Source: an uncultured SAR86 cluster bacterium | GTDB lineage: Bacteria > Pseudomonadota > Gammaproteobacteria > Magnimaribacterales > D2472 | NCBI GenBank assembly: GCA_905181645.1 | Contig: CAJIYN010000002.1 | Span: 261,785 to 325,784, forward strand | Direction: 5' to 3' | Length of the DNA stretch: 64,000 nucleotides | Shown here: piece after piece, positions 1 to 10,505 of the stretch | How positions within the stretch are numbered: the first letter of the stretch is position 1 | Layout of the letters: each line of letters opens with the position of its first letter | The notes under the pieces: generated by a model | Seen by the model: the letters and a program-made list of their open reading frames with translations, nothing else | Databases searched by the model: none | What the model was told of the DNA's origin: nothing | Position numbers and translations under genes: made by a program

Positions 1-296
1 CAGTTAATTTTGTTGCAACTGATGCAGCTCATAACTCAGTTTCAATGGATGGCATGGTTCCCTCAGGAGCAACTAATTGGGCAAGCGAACTAAGTCAAGA
101 TATTAGTGTTACCTTCGATGTGGAAGGTCTTTATGCTTATCAATGCACTCCTCATTCTGTTATGGCAATGGTTGGGGTGATTCAAGTTGGAGAAAACCCA
201 ACTAATCTAAATGAAGTCTTGTCTCAAGCTGAAAGTATGAAAGCTATGTTTGTAATGAATAAAGAAAGATTAATTGACTACATTTCGCAACTATAG
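1..296 (+). CDS. pseudoazurin-type blue copper protein, 5' end outside window
   Basis: Frame is open from the window edge (VNFVATDAAHNSVSMDG...). C-terminus YAYQCTPHSVMAMVGVIQVG has the Cys-x2-His-x4-Met type-1 Cu loop of pseudoazurins; the upstream HN supplies the first His ligand. Confidence 0.8.
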   Translation, partial: VNFVATDAAHNSVSMDGMVPSGATNWASELSQDISVTFDVEGLYAYQCTPHSVMAMVGVIQVGENPTNLNEVLSQAESMKAMFVMNKERLIDYISQL

Positions 297-309
297 ATCT
301 TTAAAAAAT

Positions 310-388
310 TGGTAGACCCGAATGGACTCGAACCATCGACCTCCGCAATGTCAATGCGGCGCTCTAACCAAAACTGAGCTACGGGTCT
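310..388 (-). tRNA. tRNA-Val (anticodon GAC)
   Basis: 79-nt cloverleaf on the minus strand: acceptor AGACCCG/CGGGTCT, D arm GCTC..GAGC, anticodon stem CCGCA/TGCGG with loop TTGACAT, T arm GATGG-TTCGAGT-CCATT, encoded CCA. Confidence 0.9.
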
Positions 389-471
389 ATAAATAGTTTT
401 TGCATTATACAGACATTTCTTACCTTTTTTATTAGAGTTTAAAATTATCGTCAATAGTATAGAATCTAAGG

Positions 472-666
472 ATGTGGGTAGATTTTAAACATCTTAGTAA
501 AGCAAAAATTGGTTATATTCCCCACGCTTTAAGAGTTTCTCTTGTAAGTTTTAAATTAATACTAATTGGTATAGCAGGCTTGATTCATGCCTTAATGCCT
601 GTAATTTTTTTAGAAACGGTAACTAAAGGAATTAAAAAGCTTAATAATGAAATTAGTCACTTCTAG
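472..666 (+). CDS. small membrane protein of unknown function (resembles DUF6356-type proteins)
   Basis: 64-aa ORF with one long hydrophobic helix (LILIGIAGLIHALMPVIF). Family assignment is from memory of similar small proteobacterial ORFs; weak call. Confidence 0.4.
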   Translation: MWVDFKHLSKAKIGYIPHALRVSLVSFKLILIGIAGLIHALMPVIFLETVTKGIKKLNNEISHF

Positions 667-684
667 TCTAATAAATAGGAATTT

Positions 685-1614
685 TTAATTAATTGCTCCA
701 TTAATATCGTACTTAGCAAAGAAAGCCCAAATCTGTTCAGTCGCACTTAAACTATGATTATCTATAGATGGCCAAGTATGTCCCATAGTGCTGTGGAGAA
801 TAAGCTCAACACCAACATTATTTGAGCAATTTTGATACGAATCAAAGAGTATATAACTCCCATCTTCTAAATCAGCAATTACAGACAATGGCTCTGGATC
901 ACATGAGTTTGATGTCAACCAATACTCCATGACCGCAGGAATACTCAACGACCATGATGCTCCATCATAAGGTACAGTATTATCTGCTAAACCATGGATT
1001 TGCAAGATAGATATAGGATGATCTGGAGCACAATTATTATCTATTTCAGGAGTCATTGATCCAGTAACAGATGCAATAGCAGCAAACTTGCTCGAGTTGC
1101 ATGCCAGCCCAAAACTCATATAGCCACCATTAGACATTCCAGTAGAATAGATTCGATCTGTATTAATATAATATTCATTAGTGATTTCAATTATTAAATC
1201 GCCAATAAACCCTATATCATTAGAGCTACTTCCCGTTGTCCACGAACCAACATTCCAATGAGTTGAACCATAGAATAAAGACCCTTGCGGATAAACAAGT
1301 ATGAATTGTTCAGATTCTGATAAAGCACGCATATCACTCACATTCATTTGATCATTAGCGGACATATTCCAACCATGAAATATAAATAACAGAGGTGCAT
1401 TAGATGATGGTGTGTAAGATGAAGGCGTGTAGACATAATATTCTCTTAGAACTCCGTTATGTGTAAAACTACATTTTCTAGTATTTGTTTGATAGCTTGC
1501 ACAGGCTAAACCTGAAGGATTCTGAGTAACAGGCGGAGGTGCTATTGGTGAAGAAGATCCTCCGCCACCTCCACATGAAGATAAAAAGATTACTACACAT
1601 AAATACTTTGACAT
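685..1614 (-). CDS. secreted lipoprotein esterase, polyhydroxybutyrate-depolymerase (LpqC-like) family
   Basis: Intact 309-aa ORF. Lipobox with poly-Gly linker (FLSSCGGGGGSS), LLFIFHGW oxyanion region, nucleophile elbow GMSNGG, downstream IHGLADNTVPY. Confidence 0.75.
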   Translation of the reverse strand: MSKYLCVVIFLSSCGGGGGSSSPIAPPPVTQNPSGLACASYQTNTRKCSFTHNGVLREYYVYTPSSYTPSSNAPLLFIFHGWNMSANDQMNVSDMRALSESEQFILVYPQGSLFYGSTHWNVGSWTTGSSSNDIGFIGDLIIEITNEYYINTDRIYSTGMSNGGYMSFGLACNSSKFAAIASVTGSMTPEIDNNCAPDHPISILQIHGLADNTVPYDGASWSLSIPAVMEYWLTSNSCDPEPLSVIADLEDGSYILFDSYQNCSNNVGVELILHSTMGHTWPSIDNHSLSATEQIWAFFAKYDINGAIN

Positions 1615-1648
1615 TATTCATTCTTTTATTTAATAGTTAATATTAGAA

Positions 1649-3051
1649 TCAATCAACCAAAGTTTGCATTTTTTTAAGATGCTCCAAAGTATCTTCTAAA
1701 ATATTGGTTGTTTCTTGATCATCAGATTCGTCAAGTAACTTTGCGGTCTCATCTATTGAAGACTCAACATAACCCCATAAACCTTTGGTAGCAATGCGCT
1801 CATCAAATAACTCTTTATATCTATTTTTAAAGTCATCTGGAGCTTGTTCAAAATGCATTTGACAAATAATTCGTTCTGCAAAGATGCGAGTTCTTTCATC
1901 CTCAAAATTCCTAGCAATTTTAATTCTATGCTCAGCATCTTCTGTAAGATGAAATTCCTGCATGAGATCTTTATCTTTGTATGAAGGAAATCCACCAGAG
2001 TAGATGGTCTGTTCTATATGCTCTGGTTCAGGGAAGCTCATCATTCTATCTGACATAGCTTGAGAAACTTTTGTTTGAAAATCTTTATGATTTTTTACTA
2101 ACTGAGCTCTTCTATTTAATTCATCAAAATTAACATCAAAAAGAGTTCTATCACTTAAAAGGTCACTATGACAAATAGGTATAGTTTTATTAATTTTATA
2201 TTTCTTTAAAGGCCCACTTCTACCCCCAGAATTAATTAGTTTAAATATTTCAGATAGCTCTAATTCTAGAATTTCCTCTGGAAATCAAAGAAAACAATTT
2301 CATTTGGCCTAGATGGATCACCTCCGCAAAATACAACTGGATATCTAAACATCTGACGTCTAAATACTTCCCCTAAGGCTAAGAACCCATCAGTATTAAG
2401 TAAATTCATTACACCTGGTTTAGTTGATATGTTTAAAAAAGAATTAAAGACATCTGGTACTACTGCATTTATTTTTTTTGTAACATCTATCATCAAGTTA
2501 CAGTCTGCAATTGCATCATGAGCGCTATCAGCACTTATATTATTTGCTCTAGCTATATCTTCTAACTTGAGACTAATTTTAGGACCATCTTCAAATAATG
2601 GGATGTTGATTGCTTCAGGGAAAAAACACACAACATTGTGCATCATTAACATTAAATCTAATCTACCATTACCATTTGTATTAGTAGTATAAGGTTCAAG
2701 TAAATTCCAAAAAAATTGTCGTCTAACTAACTCTTCATCAAAAGAATGGCCATTATATGAAATAAATATACCTGGATTATCTAGCGTCCACTGCTTCCAT
2801 TGTCTTTGTAAATCTAAAATCATCTCATAATGAGATACATTTGAATTAAATAGATTGGTTTTTTTGTTAGTTAGCATAGCTCTTGGATTTGGAATAATCC
2901 AAGGTAACGGAGCGCAGCCTATATCTTGCTCACCTAGAGAATTAAAAGCATTATCTGTTAGTACTGATCCACATTGAAGAATCTGACTGAAATCTCGCTG
3001 GATTCCAGTCGTCTCAGTATCATAAAAAATTAGATTGTTATTGTCAGACAC
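1649..3051 (-). CDS. sbcB: exodeoxyribonuclease I, interrupted by one frameshift near 2285
   Basis: N-terminus FYDTETTG and HDAIADC (DEDD exonuclease motifs). Shifting frame at a T-run near 2285 joins ORFs 2266-3051 and 1649-2056 into about 467 aa of continuous ExoI-like sequence. Confidence 0.85.
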
Positions 3052-3058
3052 CTAAATG

Positions 3059-4311
3059 CTAGCTTCTAGATATATGCGAAGACTCTACCTCACCAGCCTC
3101 ATTGACTGTATATTTGCCTAATTCATGTCTTGCAACTGCTCTTCTGTGAACCTCATCAGGACCGTCTGCAAGCCTTAAGGTTCTCATATGAGCATACATT
3201 GATGCTAGTGGATAAACCTGCGAAACACCTGCGCCACCATGCATTTGAATAGCTCTATCTATAATATCGCAGCAAACATTTGGAGCTACGACCTTTAATC
3301 ATAGAAATTTCTTTGCGAGCAATTTTATTTCCAACCGTATCCATCATATAAGCAGCTCTTAAAGTTAATAGCTCTGCAGCATCTAGCTCAATTCTTGAAT
3401 TGGCAATAATATCCATATTTCCACCTAATCTTGCCAAAGGCTTGCCAAATGCAACCCTAGATAAACTTTGTTTACACATCATAGCTAGCGCTCTTTCACC
3501 TAAACCAACCGCTCTCATGCAATGATGGATTCTTCCTGGTCCTAATCTACCTTGAGCAATTTCAAAACCTCTGCCTTCACCAAGAATCATATTGCTCTTT
3601 TGGCACTCTTACATTAGTAAATTTCATATGAGCATGTCCGTGCGGAGCATCATCATATCCGAATACATGCATTGGGCGAATGACTTCAACACCCTCAGCA
3701 TCCATTGGAACAAGTATTTGAGACTGTCTTTGATGTCTATGATTATCTGGATTAGTAACACACATAAAAATGATAAATTTACATCTAGGATCGCCAGCAC
3801 CTGATGTCCACCACTTTTCTCCATTGATAACGTATTCATCACCATCTAAGACAGCTGAGGACGCTATATTAGTAGCATCTGATGATGCAACACCAGGTTC
3901 TGTCATTGCAAAACATGACCTTATTGAACCTTCTAGTAATGGTTTTAACCACTCTTCTTTTTGCTCTTCTGTGCCAAAATCATACAGAACTTCCATATTT
4001 CCAGTATCAGGTGCTGAGCAATTAAATACTTCTGATGAAATTCCATGAGCTCCCATAACTTCTGCTAAGTGAGCATATTCAAGATTGGTTAATCCAGCGC
4101 CATTTTCACTTTCTGGAAGAAACATATTCCATAATCCAGCAGCTCTAGCTTTAACTTTCATCTCTTCCATTATCGGCGGAACTACCCATGTGCCATCAGC
4201 ATCCTTAGATTGCTCATGGTATAAAGTTTCGTTATGTGCAACTTCCTTATTAATAAAATCTTGAACTCTATTTATAAGATCTTGTGCTTTTTGACTAATT
4301 TCATATTCCAT
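3059..4311 (-). CDS. acyl-CoA dehydrogenase (FadE2/ACAD10-like), split into 3 frames
   Basis: ORFs 3577-4311, 3255-3590 and 3059-3244 are consecutive parts of one roughly 417-aa ACAD ([24 protein letters not shown], ..HGGAGV..). Confidence 0.8.
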
Positions 4312-4334
4312 CTTTACTCTCCCTTCTAAACTGC

Positions 4335-4347
4335 TACCAATATGGTA
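4335..4347. promoter_or_regulatory. candidate LysR-type T-N11-A operator
   Basis: TACCA-ATA-TGGTA dyad (T-N11-A) in the divergent intergenic region between the LysR gene (4434) and the ACAD gene (4311). Confidence 0.4.
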
Positions 4348-4433
4348 ATATAAGTTTCGTGAATGTCTTGTTTATAGCTTATACAATGATAACTTCACAT
4401 CACTTTCAATACTAGTTAGGAATTAAAAAAACT

Positions 4434-5339
4434 ATGAAAATAAGCACTTTTGACCTTAACTTATTTGTAATATTAAATGCTATTTATACTCAAGGAAGTC
4501 TTACTAAGGCTGCAGATGTTGTGGGTATTACTCAGCCTGCTGTAAGTAATGCTTTATCAAGATTAAGAGCAAAATTTAATGATGATTTATTTTTAAGAAC
4601 TGGATCAGGAATGATCCCAACACAAAAAACTGAAAATATGATTGCAGATATTCAAAATGCTCTCATGCTTATGCAGCAAAGTGTTGATGAGCCTGATGAG
4701 TTTGACTCTTCAACAAGTATTAGAAATTTTAAAATATCTTTAGCTGATGTTTCTGAAGGAAGAATCCTACCCTACTTAATGGAAGAGATTGATAAAATTG
4801 CACCTAATATATCAGTGGGAAGCTTTCATTATGCAAGACGTGATCAGGTGCATGCTCTTGCTACCAACCAATTAGATTTTGTTGTAGATCCTGTTATACC
4901 AAGATCAAATGAAGTTAAGTCTCATAAAGTTTTTGAAGATCACTATGTTGTTGCGCACCGAAAGAATCATCCTCTAACTAAAATTGATAACATCACATTA
5001 GAAGACCTTCTCTCTCAAAGACATTTAAATATTTCACAAAGAAGAAAGGGTCCACATATTATTGATGTAGAGTTAGCGAAACTTGGTCTTGAAAGAGATA
5101 TTGCTCTTAGGGCTCAGCACTTCTTAATCGCTCCAGAGGTTGTTAGGAATACTGATATTGTTCTCTTCTGCACACATAGCTTTGCTATGAGGCATCAGCT
5201 TGAGTATGTTGATATACCTGCAGAACTTCCAACAATGGAATACTTTTTAATATGGCACGCAAGTGATGATATGGATGGTGCTCATATTTGGATGCGTAAT
5301 CTTTTAATTGAAGCTTACAAGAATGCTATAAAGATCTAA
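4434..5339 (+). CDS. LysR-family transcriptional regulator
   Basis: Intact 301 aa. N-terminal wHTH FDLNLFVILNAIYTQGSLTKAADVVGITQPAVSNALSRLR, followed by a LysR substrate-binding region. Confidence 0.9.
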   Translation: MKISTFDLNLFVILNAIYTQGSLTKAADVVGITQPAVSNALSRLRAKFNDDLFLRTGSGMIPTQKTENMIADIQNALMLMQQSVDEPDEFDSSTSIRNFKISLADVSEGRILPYLMEEIDKIAPNISVGSFHYARRDQVHALATNQLDFVVDPVIPRSNEVKSHKVFEDHYVVAHRKNHPLTKIDNITLEDLLSQRHLNISQRRKGPHIIDVELAKLGLERDIALRAQHFLIAPEVVRNTDIVLFCTHSFAMRHQLEYVDIPAELPTMEYFLIWHASDDMDGAHIWMRNLLIEAYKNAIKI

Positions 5340-5341
5340 TT

Positions 5342-6139
5342 CTAGCCTAAGTTATGACCACCTAACTTAACTACACCGCCATCACAGGTAATAGTCTCTC
5401 CTACAGTAAACGCGCCGGCTCTTGAGCATAAAAATATTGCTAAACCTGCCATATCCTGAGGAGTACCAATTCTTTTTCTAGGGTTTCTTTTAGCAATCTC
5501 GCTGTAGTCATGAGCAACAGCAGCACCTAGCATATTGCTTGGAAATGGTCCTGGGGCTATTCCATTTACTAGAATATTTTCGTCAATTAATCTTGCAGCA
5601 AGATGCCTTGTTAAATGATGGACAGCTGCTTTAGATGCGCCATATGAATAAGTTTCAAATGCTGCAACATTCATTCCATCTATCGAACCAATGTTAATAA
5701 TCCTTGAAGGATCATCTGGTGTTCCATTTATTCTTAATAATGGAGCTAGCTCTTGAGTTAAGAAGAAGATACTTTTAACATTTAAATCCATCACTTTATC
5801 CCAGCCACCTTCAGAAAAAGCTCCAAAAGGCTCAGCCCATGCTGCTCCTGCATTATTGATTAAAAAATCAATATGCTCTTCTTTATCCTTAATTTCATCA
5901 GCAAAAGCCTTAATACCCTCTAGAGTACTAAGATCACTTGCAATTGAAATACATTCTCCACCATATGTATTACTTAACTCATCAGCTTTTAAATGAAGCT
6001 CTCGCTCTTTTCTTGCAGTTATATAAACTTTTACACCATTGGCAAGAAAACCTGCGGCTATCATTTCTCCAATACCTCTTGAACCTCCGGATATAACAGC
6101 GACTTTACCTTCAATACCAAATAGGTCATTTATTTTCAT
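5342..6139 (-). CDS. short-chain dehydrogenase/reductase (SDR)
   Basis: GGSRGIG cofactor motif, NNAG, YGASKAA (YxxxK). I place the start at the internal ATG (MKINDLFG..., 6139) because the longer ORF adds an AT-rich, non-conserved leader. Confidence 0.85.
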   Translation of the reverse strand: MKINDLFGIEGKVAVISGGSRGIGEMIAAGFLANGVKVYITARKERELHLKADELSNTYGGECISIASDLSTLEGIKAFADEIKDKEEHIDFLINNAGAAWAEPFGAFSEGGWDKVMDLNVKSIFFLTQELAPLLRINGTPDDPSRIINIGSIDGMNVAAFETYSYGASKAAVHHLTRHLAARLIDENILVNGIAPGPFPSNMLGAAVAHDYSEIAKRNPRKRIGTPQDMAGLAIFLCSRAGAFTVGETITCDGGVVKLGGHNLG

Positions 6140-6277
6140 TTGAAAACTCCTAAGAAATAATAAATTTAAATAATTATATATATTTTTTATATAAATAAAA
6201 AAATCGATTGATTGAAGCAAATAAAGAAAAATATCTAGATAAGTGTTTGATATTACAATCCAATGTAAAATGTTAAA

Positions 6278-7228
6278 ATGGATTTATTTACAAGTGCTGC
6301 GTGGCTCACCTTATCTCTGACTCTTCTGATATGGGGAGCTAATAAATTTATTGATAGTGCCTCCTCTATTGCAGGGAAATTGGGTATAAGTGATTTTATT
6401 ATCGGATTGAGTGTTATCGCCTTGGGAACTTCTTTTCCAGAAATATTTGTTGGAATATCATCTATTGTTAACAATAATGAAGAGCTTGCACTTGGTGCTA
6501 TTGTTGGATCCAATATTTCTAATGTTGCATTAATTTTTGGTGTTTCATGTATTGGTTATACTGCTGCAATAAATCCATCTTCGAATAAAAATTTTGTTGC
6601 TCTTGCGATGAAGTGTCATTATTGCTATTTATGCCCTTAGCGACCTAAATATTAGTCAGCTTGATTCTTTATTGCTTCTTTTAGTTCTTGTAGAATATGC
6701 ATTTCAGTCTTTAAATCTGAAACTATTTTTTTATAATTAAAATAAAGTGTAGATGATGCAACTTTTTTAAATCTTTTTACTTTTCTTGTTATTGGTCTGA
6801 TTGCTCTTGTAATTGGTTCAAATTATGCAGTTATTCATGGAGAAAAAATTGCCTTATTGATGGGAATACCGAAATTAATAGTGGGTCTTACGGTTCTAGC
6901 TATAGGAACAAGCTTGCCTGAGCTTGCTGTAACGATAAGCGCTCTAGTTAAGAAGAAGAATCAAATGGTGCTTGGAAATATAATTGGTTCAAATGTTTTA
7001 AATATTGCAGTTGTAATGCCTATTTTGGGTCTATTCTCAGATCAAACTTATGATGCCTCTATAATGACAAGAGACATGATTGTAATGTCTTTTACAACTC
7101 TGGTATTTATTCTTATAGCTTTAAGCTTTAACTATAAAAATATATCTACCAATGTGTATCGATTCATAGGAGTTGCTCTTGTAACTGGCTATGTTATTTA
7201 TATTGCAGTTCTAAGCGGACTTCTTTAG
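6278..7228 (+). CDS. Ca2+/Na+ antiporter (CaCA/YrbG family), frameshifted in the middle
   Basis: Both alpha-repeats are present (GLSVIALGTSFPE and GLTVLAIGTSLPE). Region 6600-6860 reads as membrane helices only after 2-3 frame changes. Confidence 0.8.
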
Positions 7229-7633
7229 CGGCTTAAAGAGCAATAAAGTAACTAAGCAAAAAGTAAAAGTTAAAATTTCAAATAGAAAAAAGGTATTAAC
7301 CAGAGGTGGTGTTGAGGGTATTGCAGCAAATATTATTCTTCCTGCAGCAATACTTCCTGTAAGAAACATTAAAAGTTGGAGAGAGATTTTCATATAATTT
7401 AATGAAAAAATACCAATAAAACATAAAATTCCAACACCAAGATTCAGACCGCCATATATACCAGCAAGTTCAGAGTAACCAATCATGCTTGAGATACTTA
7501 GACCAATATATTCAGTTATTGAAGGGTAATCTGCATCTACTGCAGCAAATAGTGGCGATAGTATTGCCCATACACCAATACCAAAATACATAAGTGTCAT
7601 TGATAAAAGAAATAATCTAATAATCCAAATCAT
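7211..7633 (-). CDS. DUF4345-like membrane protein
   Basis: 140 aa, 4 predicted TM helices, SELAGIYGGLNLGVG motif. Confidence 0.55.
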   Translation of the reverse strand: MIWIIRLFLLSMTLMYFGIGVWAILSPLFAAVDADYPSITEYIGLSISSMIGYSELAGIYGGLNLGVGILCFIGIFSLNYMKISLQLLMFLTGSIAAGRIIFAAIPSTPPLVNTFFLFEILTFTFCLVTLLLFKPLKKSA

Positions 7634-7696
7634 CGTAAGCTCCCTATTTTATATCTATTAAGCTATATTACATGCTTATGAATTATTCTAATATAA

Positions 7697-8188
7697 ATGT
7701 ATAAATATTTAACTTATTTATTAATACTGATTATAAGCATGAATGGATATACAGACTTTAAAAATCTAGGACCTGATGATGTCTTAACAACGCCTCTGCC
7801 CTTGCCTTATGATGAAAAGGTAGTTGATTCATTGCAACTAGATGAATTTATTGACCTGTCTATCAGCAAAGGTAAGCAGCCTGTTGTTATATTTGGTGGT
7901 AATTGGTGCCCTGATTGCAGAATTTTAGATGGGACTTTAAAAATGCCATCGATTGAAAGCTTTATGTCAGAGCACTTTGAGATTATGCATATTGATGTTG
8001 GAAGATATGATAAAAATATGGAACTTATGGATTATTTTGGAGTTGCTAGAGAAAAAGGAGTGCCTAGAGTTATTGTATTTGATAAAGAAATGAATATTCT
8101 AAATAGCTCATCTACAAAAGAGTGGACCACCGTAAGAGACAGAAAGATGCAAGATGTATTTGATTACTTTCAGGAACTAGTTAAATAA
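7697..8188 (+). CDS. thioredoxin-fold protein with signal peptide
   Basis: 163 aa, N-terminal hydrophobic leader, GGNWCPDC redox motif. Confidence 0.7.
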   Translation: MYKYLTYLLILIISMNGYTDFKNLGPDDVLTTPLPLPYDEKVVDSLQLDEFIDLSISKGKQPVVIFGGNWCPDCRILDGTLKMPSIESFMSEHFEIMHIDVGRYDKNMELMDYFGVAREKGVPRVIVFDKEMNILNSSSTKEWTTVRDRKMQDVFDYFQELVK

Positions 8189-8191
8189 GTT

Positions 8192-8961
8192 TTAATATTT
8201 AAAATGCTTGATTTCTTCTCCACTTTGACCAATATCTGTCATTGCCTTTAATACCTTTTCCAGATGAAGATCTACCCATTCCTGGGTAACTGCTTTATCT
8301 GATTCTTCTGTTTTGACTCCATCTAGAGTAAGAGGAACATCTGATACCAGCAATAAAGCACCTCTTGCTATTTCATTGTAATGACCAACAGAAAAATTAA
8401 TTGCTATTTATGTAGTTTTTAAAATAATAGTCTCTTTGCTTAAGAAATTTCTTATCATGCTCCCAGACTCTTCTATTAGTTGTGAAAATAACTCCTGTTC
8501 TGTAGTCACTTTGTTTTTCAATAATAATATCTGAAACAAATTTATGAAGTTTAAATGACGGAAGTGCTGGAACTTCAGGTGGAAAGTAATCATTTGATGT
8601 TCCATCACCTCTAATTGCTCCTATAGGAAGGATAAAGTTACCAATTTCTGAAGAGCCTTTTTTTAAACCTCCACATTTACCTAAAAATAAAACACCTTTT
8701 GGCTGAACTGCTACCAGTAAGGTCCATAATAGTTGCTGCATTTGGAGATCCCATTCCAAAGTTAATAATTGTTAATCCATCTGAATTAGTCGCAGCTTGC
8801 ATCGCGCGGCCTTCCCCATGAATTTCAACAGAAAATCGTTCAGAGAATTTCTCAACATAATTTTTAAAATTCGTTACGAGGATGTACTCGCCAAATTTTT
8901 CTAAAGGCATTCCTGTATATCTTGGAAGCCAGTTTTTTGCTATTTCTAATTTTGTTTCCAT
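8192..8961 (-). CDS. amn: AMP nucleosidase-like (short form, PNP/UDP family), frameshifted
   Basis: WLPRYTGMPLEKFGEYILVTNF, GVLFLGKCGGLK, AIRGDGTSNDYFPPEVPALP, TTNRRVWEHD and GALLLVSDVP are spread over three frames. Confidence 0.75.
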
Positions 8962-9046
8962 CCATCATTATAACTCCATACGACTTTCTTAAAAATTAAA
9001 GAATGAAGAAAAAAGTATTTATAAGAAATATTATTACTAAAAATCT

Positions 9047-10283
9047 TTAATCAAATTGCTTAGTTGTACTCGCGAAAGTTAAATAAAAGATACCGCCAAA
9101 TAATAAAATAGCAGATGAAAGATAAAATACACTATCAAAAGAGCCAGTAAAATCCACTAAAAACCCTGATAGAGCAACACCCACTATCCCAGGAATCGTT
9201 GCTATAGTTGCGCTGATCCCCATTATAGAGCCTGTATGCTTAGGACCTATATCAGCATGATTTACAGAGTAACCTCCAGTACCAAGACCTGCACAGATAT
9301 TAGTAATAGAGAGCATTATCATTACGCCAATAATAGAATCAGTAGATGGAAGAAGACCTAACGCAAGTGAAGACCCGCCAAACCCAATAACTGTACAGGT
9401 TCTTCTGACAGTTAAGATGCGGTGCCCTTTTTTAATAAAAAGATCTGACAAGTAGCCACCTAGGTTAACAAAGACAACAGATACAATTGATGGGACTAAT
9501 ATGAGTAAAATAAATGTAGCAGTATCCTCCTGATAACTAATTCCAAGCCCGTCTCTAATAAAAATAGGTAGCCAAGATATAAGAACAAATAAGGGCCAAT
9601 TTACACAAAAATGGGCAACAATAATTGCCCACAATGGTTTGTTTCTTATTAGTTTGTTAAAAGCAGGAAGTTTTGCATTTTTTTTATCATGTGCTCAGAT
9701 AAATGACACCTAACTCCAAGCTCTTTTTGAGAAATATCAGGATGATCGGTTGGAAGCGAAGTAATATTTCTATGCCAAAAAAAGAACCAAACTAGCCCAA
9801 GAGCTCCGAATGAATAAAAAGCCCACTCCCACCCAAACATAATCATAATGATCGGGGTCATAACATATGCAAAAATACTTCCAAGAGGTATGCCGCTATT
9901 AGTAAAAGCTATGGCTCTTGTTCTTTCTTGATATGGAACCCATCTAGCATAAAGGCTATGCCAAGCTGGAAAAGTAATACCTTCACCTAGTCCCATAAGG
10001 ACTCTGGTAGTTAATAATAAGAAGAAGCTATGATGAGCAGCAGCCGGAGTCAGAATTGTAAAAAGAGACCATAGTAAAACACCATATCCAAGAACTCTTT
10101 TGCCACCATACCTATCAGCCAAGAACCCACCCAAATATTGAGTAAATATATAACCTACAAAAAAAGAAGAAATTAGTATTTTAAGCAAAAAAAAACCCAG
10201 CAAATGGCTGGGTCTAATTTACAAATAGATAGATCCAGCTATATTGGCAGTACCCGTCTTTCTTGTATTTTAAAGTTATTCAT
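9047..10283 (-). CDS. MFS transporter (anion:cation symporter-like), frameshifted
   Basis: GGFLADRYGGKRV loop motif and 12 TM-like segments across ORFs 9649-10203 and 9047-9634. The likely true start, MNNFKIQERRVLPI, at 10283 is in a third frame. Confidence 0.75.
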
Positions 10284-10338
10284 TTCGGGTCAAGTATATC
10301 TAAATAAATTAGATTGTAAACTTAACTAAATAATCAAA

Positions 10339-10423
10339 TGGTAGGGATGGAGGGGATCGAACCCCCACGCCTTGCGGCACTAGGTTCTAAACCTAGCGTG
10401 TCTACCAGTTCCACCACATCCCC
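10339..10423 (-). tRNA. tRNA-Leu (anticodon UAG)
   Basis: 85-nt class II tRNA: acceptor GGGGATG/CATCCCT, 3-bp D stem GTG/CAC, anticodon loop TTTAGAA, 13-nt variable arm, T loop TTCGATC, encoded CCA. Confidence 0.9.
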
Positions 10424-10505
10424 AAAAACTTGTTATCTTCAAAAAAAAGATTAAAGAATATTTAAAAGTTTATGAAAAATTAAATAATATTTTTAATATA
10501 TAAAT

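Noticed and set aside
3592-4048. Overlapping ORFs on the opposite strand or in alternative frames. Here 3592-3804, 3624-3845 and 3770-4048. Elsewhere: 10534-10731, 13218-13523, 14110-14355, 14857-15090, 15789-16028, 17980-18207, 24454-24873, 33046-33240, 35383-35682, 46341-46679, 48973-49215, 60403-60992 and 62425-62700.
   Set aside because: All lie inside well-supported genes, have low-complexity or Leu/Ile/Ser-rich translations with no motifs, and are the expected shadow ORFs of AT-rich coding sequence.
8408-8410. Possible in-frame TAA in amn (..ILKTT-TAA-IAINFSVG..)
   Set aside because: The local frame assignment depends on two nearby hypothetical indels, so I cannot tell a nonsense substitution from a mis-placed frameshift.
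310-10423. tRNA-Val and tRNA-Leu as integration sites of a mobile element
   Set aside because: There is no integrase, transposase or phage gene anywhere in the window, and I could not see a direct repeat of either tRNA 3' end nearby. The giant surface genes next to tRNA-Leu look like a hypervariable island but not a recognisable mobile element.
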